DNA from: Spizellomyces punctatus DAOM BR117 | Taxonomy: Eukaryota | Length of the DNA stretch: 64,000 bases | Assembly (NCBI GenBank): GCA_000182565.2 | Contig: KQ257454.1 | Strand: one strand, 5' to 3' | In this document: piece after piece, positions 60,113-64,000 of the stretch | Numbering within the stretch: the first letter of the stretch is position 1 | How the letters are laid out: each line of letters starts with the position of its first letter | The notes under the pieces: model-generated | Seen by the model: the letters and a program-made list of their open reading frames with translations, nothing else | Told to the model about the DNA's origin: nothing | Database searches by the model: none | Translations under genes and position numbers: made by a program

Positions 60113-61526
60113 CTACTCATCATCTTCCTCTTCCTCGCTCTCCTCCTCATCAGCCTCACGCAACCAAGCAAGGAATGGTTCAGACTTCTCCCTGATTTCC
60201 TTGCTGATTTTCCTGTCCACAAACTTCTTGGAGGCCTTCTCTCCCCAACTCAAAAAAACTTCTTCATCAACGAGATCCTCATCGTACAGCGCCTTGAGAA
60301 TAACCGGCATTTTGGGAAGGAGGTCTTTATAGGAAACACCGACGAGACGCTCAATACCCCCGAGAAGCCCTTTCTGGGCTTTCTCATTCTTCAAAAACTT
60401 ACGCAAGAGATCAGCGCGTTTGGTGATCTGTTTGTCGGCCAAGATTTTCTCGTTAAAAAGAACCTGAGCGAGGATAACGCAAGCCTTGTCAGAACGAATT
60501 CCTAGGTTGTGAGCTGCATTCTGAATCTCAGCGTCAGAGGCAGAAGGATGCGTCGTAATGTAATCAGCGAACTGCTCCAGAGGATCTGTCAAACTCGTTC
60601 AGTAAGTTACAAATAAATAAGCTAGCAGCCAAATGGAATACAGACCATCACTGTCTTCGTCATCTTCGTCAGCGTTCGTGAGCTTGGCAACTGCCCCGCC
60701 AACGCTGAGCTCTTTCATGCGAGCAGCAACCGCATCCGCACTGGTATCAACCGCCCAGTCATCGTCGTCAGCATTGTCATCGGCAGCGGGTGCGGCCGCC
60801 AGCATGGCGGCGGCTTCAGCATCCATCATACGAGTGACTTCTTCATCGGCATCGTCGTCGGACCCGTTGGAGGCAGTGTCGGGAGGTGTGGGCATATCCT
60901 TCTTGCCCTCCGTGGTCCCATTCTTTGCCTTCTTGATCTTCTTTGGTTGAGCAGGAGGGTTCTTCACAATGAATGTGGTAAGCTTGTGACGCATGTCAAC
61001 AGGTAAATTAGCACCGCAAGCTTTGCAGTCCCTCATGATGAAGTCGTCCTTTGTAAGGATCTATGGAAGAAAGCTTTGTCAGTTATGCACCACTTGGGGC
61101 TAGAAGGATGTAGACCACTCTCTTACCAAGTCAGTTTCGGGGTTCTTACAGGATGGACACAAAACGAACTTGTCAATGAAACCATCCAAAAGCTTCTGCA
61201 ACTTCTCAGCATCGTGGGCACCGTTAACAATATAGCGGTCGTTCTTTTCATCACATTTGACTTGAGCGCCGAGCTCACAACCAAAAAACTTTGTCGTGTA
61301 GGTAGGCGGACGACTCAAGGATTTTGCAATATCAGACATGTTGGGGATAACCGTTTTTATTCCGTTGCCCTTGCCCTCAATTTTGGAGATTAGCCTATCC
61401 AACCATGTAAATGATGTAAGTATTTTGTCTAGAACTGCGCACTGCAAATCAACGCGACCTCGGCATCTTGTAACGGTAGAACTTGTCGCTGACATCGCGA
61501 CGAATGTTGATATTACCACCAGACAT
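60113..61526 (-). CDS. TIF5: Translation initiation factor eIF5
   Basis: '[35 protein letters not shown]', Zn finger '[14 protein letters not shown]', W2 domain '[17 protein letters not shown]'. Confidence 0.97.
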
Positions 61527-62329
61527 CTTGTTTTAATCGCTTTTCCGGAAAATGGTGTAGACTATGAATTTTTTTGTTTACTTGCTCGTGCTTTACTATC
61601 CAACTTGAATTCTTTTACGAATTGTTCAAACTAAAAGTTTTCTTCCTTCTAGTTTTGGAGATGTAGTGTGGGGATATATGATACGGGCGTGTATCCTCGC
61701 TAGGAAGGAGACTGTCGTAGACCGGAAGCACAACGTTCCAAACCAAGTTCATGAAGCGGACCGCGGGAAGAAACCGGGTGTATAAGGCGCGAAAAGGTTA
61801 AGTGTCGAGTGAGAAGATCAGCCAATATCTTGGTGCGCGGATATGAAAGCCGAGCACAACAAAGAAATCAGAAGCAAAATGCGCGAGGGAGCGTTGTAAA
61901 TGCACGCAGCCGTTCGAGTTGGAATGGGGGAAGTTCGAAAGGAAGAAACGAGGAAGGGAAGGGCACCCCAACCCTTTTGAAGAAATAGAAAAGCACGTGA
62001 CTCACTACAAACACACGTGAGTCATCACAAATACAGCTCCGACGTTGGGTGACAACGACAACGACAACGGCGTTTTGCAACGCAGAGTGTTGCATTGGAA
62101 TTGTTCAAGAGGAAACAGTGGGTTTATTCTTTTGATAAATATATAGAGTGATGAAAAGCAATGTACTTTAGTACACACAACACATTGTGACGCCAGTTGG
62201 GTGCTTCTTCGCAACTCCTTCTGGAGCTTTAACCAGACTTTGTACGTTTCTGCCAAGCCGAATCACCTCCCAATCAACCATACAAACACTCATCTTCCCA
62301 ACCAAAGCCTATTAATAAATACAGGTACA

Positions 62330-63121
62330 TTACACGACATACCACGTCGACCCTCCCGACTTTTTTCTCCCCCGACCCTTCAGATCAATCTCCTTCTTCC
62401 GCGCCTCTTCAGATTTTAGTTTGGAAGGCCTCTTTCCGATATTCTCGATAGGTACAGGGAACATTTCTTCCAGGGTTTGTTCAATCTTCACTTCAGAGAG
62501 ACCCTCCGCGCGGAGCACCTCGGCCTGTCGCTCGCGTTGGACAACAGCCTGTGCACGGACCCATTGCGTACGGCGCTCCCAGACAACTTGCTTGATCCGA
62601 TTCATTGTCAGCTTCACCTGTGACGACATATGTTAGTGTTGGGCAGGGGACGTTCTCATCGGCCCAATTATAGGGTAAACTCAAACTTTACCTGGAACAA
62701 TCGATCTTTGTGCGGAAAGAAAAGCGAGAACCGTCTGGCCTCCTCTTTTTGCGAATAGAGCTTATTTTGCTCCTTTATGCACACCCACCACAACTGGTGC
62801 AAGTCCTCAAAGCTCTTCTTCCGAAGTTCGGCAGCAAGCCATGCTCGTCCTAAGCATAAAGGAAAACATAAACCCTTTGCAATTGAATGATGCCATTTTG
62901 TTCCTCAACTTACCTGTAGGAAGTGCAGAGTCCGACCATGTCCATCCCTTTTCATTGTCAAAAAAGTCCTGCAGTCCTCGTCGTAGGATACCGCCAACTG
63001 GGCCGGCACTGGCAGCAGTGAAAGGGGTAGAAAGGGCAGGACGGTTTCTGGCGGCCGAAAATGCTGTTCGCACTGTTGAGGAGAAGCAGCGCTGGAGTGC
63101 TATCAGAGGTCGTGCTGCCAT
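62330..63121 (-). CDS. MRPL47: Mitochondrial ribosomal protein uL29m (MRPL47/Mrpl4)
   Basis: Presequence, 'RRGLQDFFD', '[31 protein letters not shown]', '[15 protein letters not shown]'. Confidence 0.9.
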
Positions 63122-63283
63122 GTCTTATATGTTGGCAATCTGCAAAATCCTACTCCAAGCTCTTGATGCGCGATTGTCCAAAAACGTGAGTCATGCGTTG
63201 TCATAGAAATCGAATCTGCGCTTCAACGTTGAGAATAAAGATCGGTTGGAACTCTTCGACATTGTTACTCCAGGAACCCCACA

Positions 63284-63600
63284 ATGTTCATTCGCACAAC
63301 ACGACTACATGCGCTTCGCTCGCTACGGAAGGAGACAGCTCGTCCTTCGTCTACATCAACCCGCTCCTCCCTTCCCCGCCGGACAACAGCATTTTCGAGT
63401 ACCCCACTAGGACCGTCTATCAACCCGCAACCCACCGCCTCATTTGCCTCCCGGAATATGTGTTCGGTATCCAGCAGCACAATGGTGAGTGCCACCAAAT
63501 CAACTTAGAATGTGACCAGGGGCGGAGCACCGGCTGAAGGTTCCGCTTAGACATCCCTTGTTCCGTCGACCCTTGCCAAAACCCTTCATGCGAGGTCAGC
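63284..63600 (+). CDS. Small hypothetical protein with a mitochondrial-presequence-like N-terminus; 3' end uncertain
   Basis: MFIRTTRLHALRSLRKETARPSSTSTRSSLPRRTTAFSST..., a GTGAGT donor near 63485 and further small exons. Confidence 0.4.
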
Positions 63601-64000
63601 TGCAGTAACACTAGCAAGAACGTACGGGGTTTGCGATTCAGACGATCTATAACGTTTTTTGTGGGTCATGTTTGAGTTTGGGGGTACACTAGGGCGAAGG
63701 ATATCTGAAGATGTCGATATGCGGAGGAGTTCTTGGAGCCGCCACAGAAGACCGAGTGACACATCAAATTTCGATAGCCGCTAGGGAATGGGTCCGGAAG
63801 AAAAGATGCTATAGAATCTGATGCGCGCGATGAGTCGTGAAACACATGCCATGTCTACATATCCTCACAATAAAATAATGGCACAAAGCGATATCGAGCT
63901 CACGATCAAAGAAATAATGATGCAGTTTTCAGTTTCTTGTTTCTCTGTAGTTGCGACGCATTTGTAGTCATTACGCTGGCACTATATATTAGGTTTTCCA

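Overview
Compact, intron-rich eukaryotic DNA. Fungal-type genes (ATP19, TOM5, YSC84, THR4) occur together with ciliary genes (CCDC113/CFAP263, TSNAXIP1), which suggests a flagellated early-diverging fungus such as a chytrid (inference). About 38 protein-coding genes, mostly housekeeping, can be reconstructed across 45-110 nt introns, plus a U2 snRNA gene at about 24935-25120 (-). The standout feature lies in a gene-poor island (25.2-30.5 kb): an array of ten diverged ~145-200 bp units at 28.5-30.06 kb. Each unit pairs a conserved, covarying RNA hairpin with, in 8 of 10 units, a conserved 53-60 nt GT..AG intron on the minus strand. The array sits downstream of a CCAAT/TATA promoter and short spliced leader exons, and the near-identical central exons cannot be read through in frame. 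It looks like a spliced multi-hairpin non-coding RNA (small-RNA polycistron or protein-binding scaffold), and a small KH-fold-like gene is transcribed divergently next to it. Other notable items are a splice-dependent fusion of enolase-phosphatase E1 (UTR4) to LTO1/ORAOV1, an intronless bacterial-type Ttr-like GNAT acetyltransferase, a CBS-less MgtE-type transporter, a GC-AG intron, and recurrent X-box and E-box promoter motifs. All calls come from reading the sequence by eye; no searches were run.
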